DNA of 64,000 bases from an uncultured Clostridia bacterium (lineage in GTDB: Bacteria > Bacillota > Clostridia > TANB77 > CAG-465), in NCBI GenBank assembly GCA_947626975.1, contig CANQUF010000005.1, forward strand, positions 234 to 64,233, read 5' to 3'. Both the position numbers and the translations under genes were made by a program. Shown here piece by piece: positions 51,694 through 62,898 of the stretch; within the stretch, counting starts at the first letter, position 1, and each line of letters opens with the position of its first letter. The notes under the pieces were generated by a model, which had not been told where the DNA came from, did not search any database, and saw only the letters and a program-made list of their open reading frames with translations.

Positions 51694-54600
51694 CTATTCT
51701 TCTATATCTTCATTATACATAGAATCATCTTCTTCTAATAAATCTGAATCTTCTTTTTCCTCATCTTCTACAGTCATACCTTCAAAATCACTATCATTTA
51801 TCTCTCCAAGCCCATCTAAAATATTTTCAGAGTCTTGAATATCTTTTATATCAATTCCATCAGTATCATCTTCCATAGATTCTCTTAATTCTAAAGCTTT
51901 ATCTTCTTTATACATTCTTAAATCAAGTGCTAAACTTTGCAATTCTTTTGTAAGTACTCTAAATGCCTCTGGTATACCAGGAGTTGGTATACTTTCACCT
52001 TTTACAATTGCTTCATAAGTTTTAAGTCTTCCTACAATATCATCAGATTTTACTGTTAGCATTTCTTGTAACGTATATGATGCTCCATAAGCTTCTAATG
52101 CCCATACTTCCATTTCACCAAATCTTTGTCCACCAAATTGAGCTTTACCACCAAGTGGTTGTTGTGTTACTAAAGAATATGGTCCTATTGAACGTGCATG
52201 TATTTTATCATCAACTAAGTGATATAGTTTTAACATATACATATATCCAACTGTTACTTTTCTATCAAATTTTTCACCAGTTCTACCATCATACACATCA
52301 AATTTACCACTTGGATCTAATCCTTTTTCTTCAAATAACTTTACAATATCTGCTTCTTTTGCTCCATCAAAAACTGGAGTAGATACTTTCCATCCATATA
52401 AATTAGCTATATATCCTAAATGTACTTCTAATACTTGACCAACATTCATACGTGAAGGTATACCTTGTGGGTTTAGTACTATTTGTAAAGGTGTACCATC
52501 TGATAGATATGGCATATCTTCTCTTGGTAAAATACGTGATATTACTCCCTTATTACCATGTCTTCCAGATATTTTATCTCCAACTGATATTTTTCTTTTT
52601 TGAGCTATATATATTCTTACTACTTTATTTACACCAGCTGCAAGTTCATCACAATTATCTCTTGTAAATATTTTTACATCAACAATTGTTCCTTCTTCAC
52701 CATGTGGAACTCTAAGTGATGTATCTCTTACTTCTCTAGCTTTTTCTCCAAATATTGCACGAAGTAGTTTTTCTTCTGCAGTAAGTTCAGTTTCACCTTT
52801 TGGTGTTACTTTTCCTACTAATATATCCCCTGGTCTTACCTCTGCACCAATACGTATAATTCCATTTTCGTCTAAATCCTTTAATGCATCGTCTCCAACA
52901 TTTGGTACTTCTCTTGTTATTTCTTCAGGTCCTAATTTTGTATCTCTAGATTCACAATCATAATCCTCGATATGGATAGTTGTAAGTACATCATCTCTAA
53001 CTAAATCTTCAGATATTAAAATTGCGTCTTCATAGTTATATCCTTCCCAAGTCATAAATCCTACAAGAATATTTTTACCAAGTGCAAGTTCTCCATTTTG
53101 AGTAGATGGTCCATCAGCAATAACATCACCTTTTTTTACTTCTTCACCTTTTATAACTATTGGCTTTTGATTTATACATGTACCTTGGTTAGACCTTTTA
53201 TATTTAATTAAATGATACTCATCTTTTCCTTTTTTAGTTTCTATTATTATTTTATTTGAATCAACATATTCTACTACACCATCATTCTTAGCTGTTATAA
53301 CAATACCTGAATCTAGTGCAGTTTTATATTCAATACCTGTTCCAACAATAGGGCTATCTGCTCTGATTAATGGAACTGCTTGACGTTGCATATTAGATCC
53401 CATAAGAGCACGTTTTGCATCATCATTTTCTAAGAAAGGAATTAAAGCTGTTGAAACAGATACTAGTTGTTTTGGTGATACATCCATCAAATCAACTTTT
53501 TCTTTTTCAATTTCGATGATTTCATTTTTGTGTCTTATTTTAACTCTTTTATTTATAAATTTATTATCTTTATCTAATGGTTCATTAGCTTGAGCTACTA
53601 TATAATTATCTTCATCATCAGCAGTAATATATATTACTTCATTAGTTACTACTCCTGTTTCTTTATTAATTACTCTATATGGTGATTCAATGAAACCATA
53701 TCTATTTATTTTTGCAAATGTAGAAAGTGAAGATATAAGTCCTATATTTGGTCCTTCAGGAGATTCTATAGGGCAAAGTCTACCATAATGAGTATGATGT
53801 ACATCACGAACTTCAAAACCTGCTCTATCTCTTGTAAGTCCACCAGGGCCAAGTGCTGATATTCTTCTTTTATGTGTAAGTTCAGCAAGTGGGTTTATTT
53901 GATCCATGAATTGTGATAACTGAGAACTTCCAAAGAACTCTCTTAATGTCCCTACAACAGGTTTTATATTTATTAAAGTTTGAGGTGTTGCAACATCTAA
54001 ATCTTGTGTAGCCATTCTTTCACGTACTACTCTTTCAAGTCTTGCAAGACCAATTCTAAATTGATTTTGTAATAATTCACCTACACATCTTACACGTCTG
54101 TTTCCTAGATGATCTATGTCATCAACTTCACCTAGTCCATGTCTTAAATTTAAGAAGTAGTTAATTGAAGCCATTATATCATCTAATGTAGCATGTTTTA
54201 TTACTAATTTTTCTCTATTTTGCTTTATTTTTTTCCTTAATTCTTTTTCATCATTAACGTCAACTGTATTTAACAATTCCTTTAAAGCTGGTAAATATAC
54301 TTCTTCTTTTATAACTTGATTATCTATTTCAATACCTAAGTATTTTGAAATATCTACAGTATTATTACCTATTATTTTTATCTTTTTATCGTCTTTATTT
54401 ATATATACAACATTTATACCACACTGTTTTATTTCATTTGCTGCTTCTTCAGATATAACTTCTCCTGCTGAAACTAAAATTTCACCTGTTTCAGGATTAA
54501 TTATATCTTCATATGCAATTTTGTCTTTAATCCTATTTGCAACACTTAATTTTTTATTATATTTATATCTACCAACTCTTGATAAATCATAACGTCTTTC

Positions 54601-55377
54601 TTCAAATAATAATCCAAAAAGTAAAGATTTAGCGGCATCTACATGTAAAGGTTCTCCAGGTCTTATCTTTTTATATATCTCAAGTAAAGCTTCATCTTGA
54701 GTTTTAGCAGAGTCTTTATATAATATTTCATTTAATATATCATCTTCAAATAAATCCATTATTTTTTGATCTGTTTCAATGCCAAGTGCTCTAATAAGAG
54801 TGGTAATAGGTACCTTTCTTGTCCTATCTACTCTTGCATACATCATATCTGTTGAATCACTTTCAAGTTCAATCCAAGTCCCACGATTAGGCATAACAGT
54901 TGCTTCATACAAGAACTTTCCAGCTTTATCTCTTGAAGATGCATAGTAAACTCCAGGTGAACGAACTAATTGAGAAATTATAACTCTTTCTGCTCCATTA
55001 ATTATAAATGTTCCTTTTTCTGTCATTAATGGTAAATCACCTAAAAATATTTCTTGCTCCTTTATTTCACCTGTTTCTTTATTTATCAAACGCACTTGTA
55101 CTTGTAATCTTGAGCAATAGGTAGTATTACGTTCATTTGCCTCTTCTATTGTATATTTGGTTTCATCCTCTATTCTGTAATCTACAAATTCTAATAATAA
55201 ATTACCTGAAAAATCAGTTATTGGAGATGCATCATATAAAACATCCCTTAAACCTGATTTTAAAAACCACTCATATGATTGTTTTTGAATATCAATTAAA
55301 TCAGGCATGTCAATAACTTCTTTAATTTTTGAAAAGCTCATTCTTTTAGCTTTTCCATTTTTTATTTCATGAATCAT
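51694..55377 (-). CDS. rpoB: DNA-directed RNA polymerase subunit beta
   Basis: About 1227 aa. Start placed at ATG 55377 ([18 protein letters not shown]), 6 nt after GGGGG. The ORF-track extension to 55416 is unsupported. The C-terminal acidic tail is unusually long. Confidence 0.98.
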   Translation of the reverse strand: MIHEIKNGKAKRMSFSKIKEVIDMPDLIDIQKQSYEWFLKSGLRDVLYDASPITDFSGNLLLEFVDYRIEDETKYTIEEANERNTTYCSRLQVQVRLINKETGEIKEQEIFLGDLPLMTEKGTFIINGAERVIISQLVRSPGVYYASSRDKAGKFLYEATVMPNRGTWIELESDSTDMMYARVDRTRKVPITTLIRALGIETDQKIMDLFEDDILNEILYKDSAKTQDEALLEIYKKIRPGEPLHVDAAKSLLFGLLFEERRYDLSRVGRYKYNKKLSVANRIKDKIAYEDIINPETGEILVSAGEVISEEAANEIKQCGINVVYINKDDKKIKIIGNNTVDISKYLGIEIDNQVIKEEVYLPALKELLNTVDVNDEKELRKKIKQNREKLVIKHATLDDIMASINYFLNLRHGLGEVDDIDHLGNRRVRCVGELLQNQFRIGLARLERVVRERMATQDLDVATPQTLINIKPVVGTLREFFGSSQLSQFMDQINPLAELTHKRRISALGPGGLTRDRAGFEVRDVHHTHYGRLCPIESPEGPNIGLISSLSTFAKINRYGFIESPYRVINKETGVVTNEVIYITADDEDNYIVAQANEPLDKDNKFINKRVKIRHKNEIIEIEKEKVDLMDVSPKQLVSVSTALIPFLENDDAKRALMGSNMQRQAVPLIRADSPIVGTGIEYKTALDSGIVITAKNDGVVEYVDSNKIIIETKKGKDEYHLIKYKRSNQGTCINQKPIVIKGEEVKKGDVIADGPSTQNGELALGKNILVGFMTWEGYNYEDAILISEDLVRDDVLTTIHIEDYDCESRDTKLGPEEITREVPNVGDDALKDLDENGIIRIGAEVRPGDILVGKVTPKGETELTAEEKLLRAIFGEKAREVRDTSLRVPHGEEGTIVDVKIFTRDNCDELAAGVNKVVRIYIAQKRKISVGDKISGRHGNKGVISRILPREDMPYLSDGTPLQIVLNPQGIPSRMNVGQVLEVHLGYIANLYGWKVSTPVFDGAKEADIVKLFEEKGLDPSGKFDVYDGRTGEKFDRKVTVGYMYMLKLYHLVDDKIHARSIGPYSLVTQQPLGGKAQFGGQRFGEMEVWALEAYGASYTLQEMLTVKSDDIVGRLKTYEAIVKGESIPTPGIPEAFRVLTKELQSLALDLRMYKEDKALELRESMEDDTDGIDIKDIQDSENILDGLGEINDSDFEGMTVEDEEKEDSDLLEEDDSMYNEDIEE

Positions 55378-55413
55378 TTTTATACCCCCAAATACATAAA
55401 GACGACAAAAAGC

Positions 55414-55441
55414 CAATTTAGTTTACATAACAACTAAATTG
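55414..55441 (-). promoter_or_regulatory. hairpin plus U-tract in the rpoB leader (terminator or attenuator-like)
   Basis: CAATTTAGTT / AACTAAATTG perfect 10-bp arms. On the minus strand it is followed by GCUUUUUG, 36 nt upstream of the rpoB ATG. Confidence 0.4.
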
Positions 55442-55746
55442 ATTTTTGTATACACCATTTTTTATTTACACTCTAATTTTTTTATCACTATTTCAACCCT
55501 CTTCCGGAATTAAGTTTACATAGTTCTGAATTTCATAAACAATATATATGTTATTATACCAAATTAATTTAATAATGTCAACTTAAAATTTGTAAAATGT
55601 TAAGTTTTTTTGAAGAAAAAATTTTTCTTAACTAATTATGTAAAAATAAATATACGCACAATAATTTATATATTATTTTTCTAAAATTTTACGTGTCTTT
55701 ATATATCTAAAAGCTACTACTTGTACAAATTTTCTAAATATGATTA

Positions 55747-55986
55747 CTAATATATGTGATATTTTAATGTATAACAAGAGTAAATAGCCATAATTTTATC
55801 ATTAATCTTATTTTCAAAGCCATAAATTTTATACACATTTATAGATATATCTACAACAATATTTGAATAATAATAACATTTTCCATTGCAAATAATACTA
55901 ATACTACTATTTTTTTATATTTCTAAATTAGCATTAAAAGTATTAATATTTCTATAAATATACAATTTGTTTTTTGTATTATCCAT
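55747..55986 (-). pseudogene. small SD-led ORF (79 codons) with one in-frame TAA, function unknown
   Basis: AGAGGT SD. MDNTKNKLYIYRNINTFNANLEI*KNSSISIICNGKCYYYSNIVVDISINVYKIYGFENKINDKIMAIYSCYTLKYHIY*. TAA at 55915..55917. An open frame this long is unlikely by chance in DNA this AT-rich. Confidence 0.25.
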
Positions 55987-56223
55987 ATAATTTTTACCTC
56001 TTAGTATTATAAAATTTATATTTATTTTTTATATGTATTTTATTATTTTTAATAACAAATATTTATTTTATTACTTTTCATTTTTCATACTTTTTAACAT
56101 ATTATGATAAATAATTACTTTTATTTATGTCGAAGATGAGTTATTTTTATCTAATATTGTAACATTTTATACTGTAAATTGACTAAATGATTTAGAAATG
56201 TTAAACTAGTTTTAGGTGATTAT

Positions 56224-58105
56224 ATGTATTTTATTCTAACTTTTTTTATCTATATTTTTTTTGATTCTTTGTGGTTATATTCTCTTTTAGATAGTAGAAT
56301 TATACTTTCTAGTTCAGGGGACAAGCTTAGAAAGTATATAACTCTAAAAAAATCTGAAAAATATAATCGGCAATTTTGATAATGTACAAAAAAATAATAA
56401 GTTAAATTTCTTAAACTTTTTTTATTATATATCACCTTATGGGTACAGGATCATATTATATATATTTTTTGTATCCATAGTAATTTTGGCAGTTAAAGTA
56501 GCATTTACATATAATTTTTTAATTTCAAATTTTTTATATATAAATATTTTAGGTAAAAATATTGATATTTCATACATATTAGGTGGAAACTATTTCAAAT
56601 TTAAAGTTATTTATTATATTTCTTTTTTTATCTTTACAAATTTTTTATTACTATTTTTATCTAAATTTAAAATTTTTCAAAAATTATTTTTTAAATATAA
56701 TTCAAAAAACACGGGAAATTCAAAAGAAAATATAAATTATAATAATTGCAATATCTGTATAGGAAATGACAAAAATAACGAAGTTATATTAAAAGAAGAG
56801 GGGCTATTTCAAAATGTATTAATAACTGGAAGCATAGGCAGTGGAAAAACAAGCTCAGCTACATCTGTAATACTAGATTCACTTATTAAAAATGATATTT
56901 ATGGTCTTGTTATAGACATTAAAGGAAACTATATTGATACAGTACGAAAAATAGCAAATAAGTATAATAAAACAGATAAAATAGTAGAGATTTCTCTACA
57001 AAGTAATAATATATATAATCCCTTAGATAATAATGATATATCAAATATAGAACTTGCTAATAGATTGAAACAAGTTCTCGTTCTTACTAGCAAAAATAAT
57101 TTATCAGATTCATTTTGGCTAGATAAAGCCGAAAGCATTGTAAGAGATATGATAACCTTAATTCGTGCATACAAAGAATATGTTGATTTTTATGAACTAC
57201 ACAAAATTATACTTGATGTTGATTATCTATATGAAAAAATAAATTATATAAAAGATAAGGTCTTAAATAATAATTTTAATGATACTCAAATATTTGAAAT
57301 TAAGTCTGCTATTTTAAATATAAAAAATGAATATTTAACATTAGATGATAGAACTATTGGAATTATAAAAGCAGAAATTACAAGAATTACAAATATTTTC
57401 TGCTCTAATAGTACTATATATAATAAATTTTGTAAAAAAGGAGATAATATAGATTTTTTAAAACAAAAAATAGTAGTTTTATCCATAAATATTGGAGACA
57501 ATAAAGTATTATCCCAAATAATTTCTACATATTTAAAATTAGATTTTCAAAAGCAAATTTTATCTCAAAAATTTAATTATAAAAAAGTTTTTTTCTTATG
57601 TGATGAATATCAAGAATTTGCAAATATTGAAGACGCAAGATTTTTTTCTTTGTCAAGAGAATATAAATGCATAAATGTTATAAGTATGCAAAGCTACTCT
57701 TCCTTAATTAATTCTTTACAAAATGAATATTCTGCTAGAGTTATTATTCAAAACTTAGTAAATAAAATATGGTTAAGAAATGATGACTTATTTACAGTTT
57801 CTGAGATTATAAAACAAATTGGAAAAGAAGTTAAAAATTATTATAGTAACAGCTATTCTGAAAATGGTACAAACAACAAATATAGTACATTATTTAATAA
57901 ATTCAAATCATATAAAACTAATTTATCAGAAAGCTTTTCTAACTCTCAAAAATTAGATTACAAATATAATGAAGATTATTTTACACAAAACTTAAAAACT
58001 TTTGAAGCAACTTGTCTTTTATCAGATGGATATAGTATGAAATTGTTTGAAAAAATTAAATTGAAAAGATGGGAGGAAAAAGAAAATGAAATTATTAAAA
58101 AATAA
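56224..58105 (+). CDS. TraG/TraD/VirD4-type type IV coupling protein ATPase, reading frame split at an A7 run (56346..56352)
   Basis: AGGTGAT SD plus ATG 56224 opens a 51-codon hydrophobic frame (MYFILTFFIYIFFDSLWLYSLL...) ending at TGA 56377. The main frame is open from 56348, has no ATG for more than 200 codons, and encodes further TM segments. It carries Walker A GSIGSGKT, Walker B FFLCDEYQEF and SREYKCINVISMQSYSSL (T4CP-like). One fewer A would fuse the two frames. Confidence 0.6.
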
Positions 58106-58433
58106 AAAAATAAATTTGAAAAAAATAGCAATATACTTTTTTATATTTATAATATTAATGGTTAATTTTTCATGCATATACGGAGCCACTACCCCAACCT
58201 TAGTAAATAAATTAAATACTGCTTTAAAAAAAATTCAGGAATATTTAGTAAAATTAGCTACTCCTGCTGCTGGTGTAGCAATTGCTGTTGGGGTACTTAT
58301 GAGAAAACTAAGTTTTGGTGACGAGGAAAAAATGGTTAAGGGTAAAAAGACTATAATTAATGCAATAATAGGTTATGCGATTATTATTTCTATTAGTTTA
58401 ATAATCAAATTTGTTGATAGTCTTTTAGGATAA
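58086..58433 (+). CDS. VirB2/TrbC-like T4SS pilin-type small membrane protein
   Basis: 115 aa. Signal peptide with a cleavage-like site (..FSCIYGA), then two hydrophobic helices (PAAGVAIAVGVLM, IINAIIGYAIIISISLII). GGGAGG SD. Overlaps the end of the ATPase gene by 20 nt. Confidence 0.55.
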   Translation: MKLLKNKKINLKKIAIYFFIFIILMVNFSCIYGATTPTLVNKLNTALKKIQEYLVKLATPAAGVAIAVGVLMRKLSFGDEEKMVKGKKTIINAIIGYAIIISISLIIKFVDSLLG

Positions 58434-58436
58434 TTT

Positions 58437-59264
58437 ATGAACTCACAAGATATTTTAACTAATTTAAATACAGTATTTGAAAAACTATTTAAGTCTGTAG
58501 AAGGTGAAGTATATAAAACGTTAGATAAAATTGTATTAATAGGTCCTGATATTTTAAAAGAAGAACCATTAAAACAAATTTTTTTCGAAAATAAAGAAAA
58601 TGGTATAATTATAATTGCAAATGCACTTATACTATTTTATATTATATATTATGCTTTTACTCAATTAATATCATTATATAATGGCAATAAAGTTGAAAAT
58701 GTATATTATTTTATACTAAAAATTATTATAGTAGGAATACTAGTTAATTGTAGTTACTTTTTATGTGAGCAATTGCTAACTTTATTTGATGGTCTATCAG
58801 ATGCTATAAATACCTTTGCAAAAAATATAGTAGGTAAAGAAGCCACTTTTGCTAATTTAAAAGAAACGATTCTTTCTATAAATGATTTTATGAAAAGTGA
58901 TATTTTAAGTTTAGATGGTATAATAAAAGGTCTTGTATCTTTTGGAATATTAGGAATATTAATTTCATTTGCTATAAGATATGTGACAATTATTTTTTTA
59001 ATAATAATATCTCCTATAGCTTTTTTAACATTATGTAGTGATTTAACGAGTGAAATATTTAAAACATGGCTTAAATTATTTTTTACATTATTTAGTGTAC
59101 AAATAATAACCAAACTTATAATTATAATTCCATTAATGTATAAAAATAAAGGTAATATAATGTTTAAGATTATATTAGTTGGAAGTGTTTATATATTATA
59201 TAAAATAAATAATTTTACAAAAGAATTTCTAGTTAAAATAAAAAATGATAATAAAAATTATTAA
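58437..59264 (+). CDS. VirB6/TrbL-like polytopic membrane protein
   Basis: 275 aa with at least five predicted TM helices. Starts 3 nt after the pilin-like gene. Confidence 0.5.
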   Translation: MNSQDILTNLNTVFEKLFKSVEGEVYKTLDKIVLIGPDILKEEPLKQIFFENKENGIIIIANALILFYIIYYAFTQLISLYNGNKVENVYYFILKIIIVGILVNCSYFLCEQLLTLFDGLSDAINTFAKNIVGKEATFANLKETILSINDFMKSDILSLDGIIKGLVSFGILGILISFAIRYVTIIFLIIISPIAFLTLCSDLTSEIFKTWLKLFFTLFSVQIITKLIIIIPLMYKNKGNIMFKIILVGSVYILYKINNFTKEFLVKIKNDNKNY

Positions 59265-59282
59265 ATAAGGAGCGTTGTATAA

Positions 59283-59663
59283 ATGTTAGATGATAATAAA
59301 AAACCAATATATTCTAATTATAAAAGGCAAAGTAAATTATTAGGAATTATAGAATACAAAACTGCTATTATTTTTTTTATATATTGTATAATTGTATTTT
59401 ACATTCTAAATTATCTATCATTAAGTATAAATATTAAAATATATATTTTAGGCATATTTATAATACCAATAGTATTTATATTTTTTATTAATATAAATAA
59501 TGAAAGTGTATTAGATATAATTACTAATATAACGTTATTTATCATAAAAAGCAAATTATACATACATCTATCCGATATAAATTTATTAAAAAAAGGAATT
59601 ACATTACCATATACAAAATATTTAATATCTTCAAATAATACTCATGATAAAAATTGTAATTAA
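59283..59663 (+). CDS. PrgI/VirB3/TcpE-like small two-TM protein
   Basis: 126 aa. N-terminal YKRQSKLLGIIEYKTAIIFFIYCII pattern followed by a second TM. AAGGAG SD. Confidence 0.45.
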   Translation: MLDDNKKPIYSNYKRQSKLLGIIEYKTAIIFFIYCIIVFYILNYLSLSINIKIYILGIFIIPIVFIFFININNESVLDIITNITLFIIKSKLYIHLSDINLLKKGITLPYTKYLISSNNTHDKNCN

Positions 59664-59727
59664 ATAAGCTGTTTTAAAAATCAAAATATAGATAGTAAAC
59701 TTAAGTATACTCTACTTTTTCATAAAA

Positions 59728-59774
59728 AAAGGCTTTAATTAAAAGATTATTTTAATCTTATATTTAAAGCCTTT
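59728..59774. terminator. bidirectional intrinsic terminator between convergent genes
   Basis: AAAGGCTTTAA / TTAAAGCCTTT perfect 11-bp arms, flanked by A and T runs. Confidence 0.65.
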
Positions 59775-59783
59775 TTAATAATT

Positions 59784-60407
59784 CTATTTATTTCTAGTAA
59801 AACTAATACCTATTACATTTCCCAAACTATCTTTTATTAATGTAGAAGTATAACTTGATGATGATAATATATTTGAACTTAAGCTACTAGTTGTATTTCT
59901 TGTATAACCACTTTGTGAGCTAGCTTTTCTTGTAGACTTATATTTAGATATTCCACCACCACTTCCTTTAGCTTCGCCATATTGCAAATATACTCCATCT
60001 TTTTCACTTTGTGCCTCTAAAATAAAATCGTCTTTACTGTACAAACTTCTAATAGCAGTTCTTACCTCTGTACCTGTCATAGTTTCATAATCATATTGGC
60101 TATATAATGAATTATTAAGTTGAGTACTAATATCACCAGTAATATTTTTTGATGTTTTATTGCTCATACTTATTATAAGAGCAACTATAATAAATACTGA
60201 CATTACCATTGAAAAAATAAGACCTATTATACTAGTAATAAGACCTGGTATTGCCATACCACTATTCTTTGCTTCTTTATTCTTCTTTCTTTTAACCATT
60301 GCTACAATAGAAATTATTAATGCTGTTACTGCAATAAGAAATCCTAAGATTGGCACCCAAGAAAGTACTATAGAAGCAATTCCTAAAATTAAGCTTGCTA
60401 TAAACAT
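59784..60407 (-). CDS. membrane protein with a DUF4190-like N-terminal TM bundle and a Ser-rich extracellular C-terminal domain
   Basis: Start placed at ATG 60407 after GGAGGTGA (the track TTG start 60425 overlaps the SD). Three hydrophobic helices, then a soluble domain. Confidence 0.55.
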   Translation of the reverse strand: MFIASLILGIASIVLSWVPILGFLIAVTALIISIVAMVKRKKNKEAKNSGMAIPGLITSIIGLIFSMVMSVFIIVALIISMSNKTSKNITGDISTQLNNSLYSQYDYETMTGTEVRTAIRSLYSKDDFILEAQSEKDGVYLQYGEAKGSGGGISKYKSTRKASSQSGYTRNTTSSLSSNILSSSSYTSTLIKDSLGNVIGISFTRNK

Positions 60408-60571
60408 AAATAAATTCACCTCCAATTAATATTATAATAATTATATAGTATTAAATAATAAATTTTTTCTAATTTATAAAATAACGATTGCCTATAAAAA
60501 TAATACTAAAATAATTACTTTAAACGTAGTATATCATGTAAATCGTCAAAAATCTACATTTTTTTATTATT

Positions 60572-61435
60572 TTAATTTAATTTTATATTTTCTACTAATT
60601 TAATATAATCTTTTAAATCTAATTCTTCAGCTCTTACATTCTTTGATATGCCACAACTTTCTAGTAAGTTTTCTAAGCTTGATTTATCTAAATTTAAAAA
60701 TTTTGTTGACTCCAATGAATTAACTAATTTTTTTCTTCTTTGTGCAAAACTACAATGAATAAGTTTAAATAATAATTCTTCATTATTAACTCTATATCTT
60801 TTTTCTTTTTTTAATTTAATTATAGCAGATGTAACATCAGGAATAGGAATAAATGATGTTTTAGGCACAATAAATTCAATGCTTGCTTTAGAAAAATATT
60901 TTACCATAAGAGTTAATATTCCAAAATCTTTATTTTTATTTTTTGATACCATCCTATTAGCTACTTCTTCTTGAACCATTACTATAATCTCATTTATTCT
61001 ATTTTCTTCTTGCAATAATTTAAATATAATTGGAGTTGTTATATAATATGGTAAATTAGCTACTACTTTTACATTTTCAAATTTAATATTATTATCCTTC
61101 TCAATTGAATTTATTATATTATCCAAGTTAATTTTTAATATATCCTCATTTAATAATGTATAATTATTATATTTTATAAATCTATCATTTAAAATATTAA
61201 TCATTTTATTATCAATTTCTACTAATAGAACATATTTTGATTTATCTAATAAATACTTTGTTAAATTACCAAGACCAGGTCCAATTTCAATAATAAGATC
61301 ATTTTCATTTATATCAGAAACCCTTTGTATATTTTTTAATATATTATCATCAATTAAAAAATTTTGACCAAATCTTTTTTTAGCTTTTACATCATATTTA
61401 TTTAATATGTTTTTAGTTATCGTAAATGTATCCAA
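60572..61435 (-). CDS. rsmA: 16S rRNA (adenine1518/1519-N6)-dimethyltransferase
   Basis: 287 aa. KRFGQNFL and EIGPGLGNLT SAM-binding motifs. Confidence 0.9.
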   Translation of the reverse strand: MDTFTITKNILNKYDVKAKKRFGQNFLIDDNILKNIQRVSDINENDLIIEIGPGLGNLTKYLLDKSKYVLLVEIDNKMINILNDRFIKYNNYTLLNEDILKINLDNIINSIEKDNNIKFENVKVVANLPYYITTPIIFKLLQEENRINEIIVMVQEEVANRMVSKNKNKDFGILTLMVKYFSKASIEFIVPKTSFIPIPDVTSAIIKLKKEKRYRVNNEELLFKLIHCSFAQRRKKLVNSLESTKFLNLDKSSLENLLESCGISKNVRAEELDLKDYIKLVENIKLN

Positions 61436-61490
61436 ATTACTTCATCCTTTCAAAAAATAATTGCTAGTACATTTTCCTAGCAATTATTTT

Positions 61491-62561
61491 TTATATTGAG
61501 CCATTTGCAATAAGAGAATTTCTTAAAGCTATTACAGAATTACTATATCCTCTATTTAATATACCTTGACTATAGCAAGTGTTATAATATATGTTCTCAC
61601 CCATATTATATGAATTTAGAGCATATACAACAACAGCATCTCCTGAAACTTTAGCTTTTGCAGAATCTATATAAATAGCTAATAGATATGCTCCTGCAGT
61701 CATATTATCATATGGATCTAAAAAATTAGAAACTCCTAACTTATTTCTTAAATTAGCATGATTTGAAATATGGATTTGACATAGTCCATATGAATTTCCT
61801 CCACCAATAGCATTTGGATTAAATCCACTTTCTTTTTTCATAACTGCTAAAAATAATTCATATTCAATTCCATAATTTTTACATAAATTATATGCATATT
61901 TTTGTTGTTCGACTGGTAAAGCAATATTATATTGCTTAAATCCTTCATCAACTACAATTGCAGATGGAACTGTAACTGTCGCACCTCTTGACGAAACAGT
62001 TGGTAATTTTGTTCCAACTTCAATTATTTTATTTTGTGCCTCTTCAATAACGTTTTTACTTATTTCAGCTCTATATGTTTCATTATTATTATTATATCTT
62101 ACAAGATATTTTACAATCTCTTTTCCTTCTTTTCCTTCTTGTATTATATTTTCATTTCCTCTCTCTAAAGTAGAGTTATTAGTTATTTCTTCATTAAACG
62201 GTATAGATACTTCAACTTGTTCTATTTTAGCTATCATAGGAGAATATTCATTAATTATTGTTGCATCATCTAATTTAGCAAGTTCTTGTTTATTAGATAA
62301 TTTTATTTCCATACCTTCCTTAATTTTAGTGTCTATTGAAGGTGATACTTGTGTATTATCACTAGTATATATATTATTTGACATTAAAAAATCTTCTACT
62401 GTCATAGATAATGTTTTTATATTTTTCACATTTCCATAGTAATCTAATTTAATAGTTTTAGTTTGTGATGATAATATAAAAAGACCAGCTGTAGCAAATA
62501 TAAGTATAAGAGTTATAACAGTTAATGTTTTTCTTAATATATAAACCTTATCCTCTTCCAC
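61491..62561 (-). CDS. YabE-like cell-wall protein: TM, DUF348, G5, SLT lytic transglycosylase domain
   Basis: 356 aa. G5-like segment (..IQEGKEGKEIVKYLV..). SLT motifs MKKESGFNPNAIG and YGLCQI. Confidence 0.7.
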   Translation of the reverse strand: MEEDKVYILRKTLTVITLILIFATAGLFILSSQTKTIKLDYYGNVKNIKTLSMTVEDFLMSNNIYTSDNTQVSPSIDTKIKEGMEIKLSNKQELAKLDDATIINEYSPMIAKIEQVEVSIPFNEEITNNSTLERGNENIIQEGKEGKEIVKYLVRYNNNNETYRAEISKNVIEEAQNKIIEVGTKLPTVSSRGATVTVPSAIVVDEGFKQYNIALPVEQQKYAYNLCKNYGIEYELFLAVMKKESGFNPNAIGGGNSYGLCQIHISNHANLRNKLGVSNFLDPYDNMTAGAYLLAIYIDSAKAKVSGDAVVVYALNSYNMGENIYYNTCYSQGILNRGYSNSVIALRNSLIANGSI

Positions 62562-62898
62562 TAAAGATCACTCCTTTACGTGACAAGTATATTATACTAT
62601 AATTATACTCATTTGTCAATTTATTGTTATTGTTTCTAAATTTAAAATAAAATATTTTATACCGATTTTTCCTAATATTTAAGGCTTAGTAACACTTTCT
62701 ATCATTTAAGTTACAATTAAATATTACATTAATAATACATTAAAAAAACATATTGTAATATTTTATATAATTTTATTAAACAGTGATTATTTATGCTCTT
62801 ATATTACATAAAATCAATTTTATTTTTATATTGCTATTGAATAAATTAATATAAAATGTTACAATATATTATATATATATGAAAGTCAGGTGATATTT

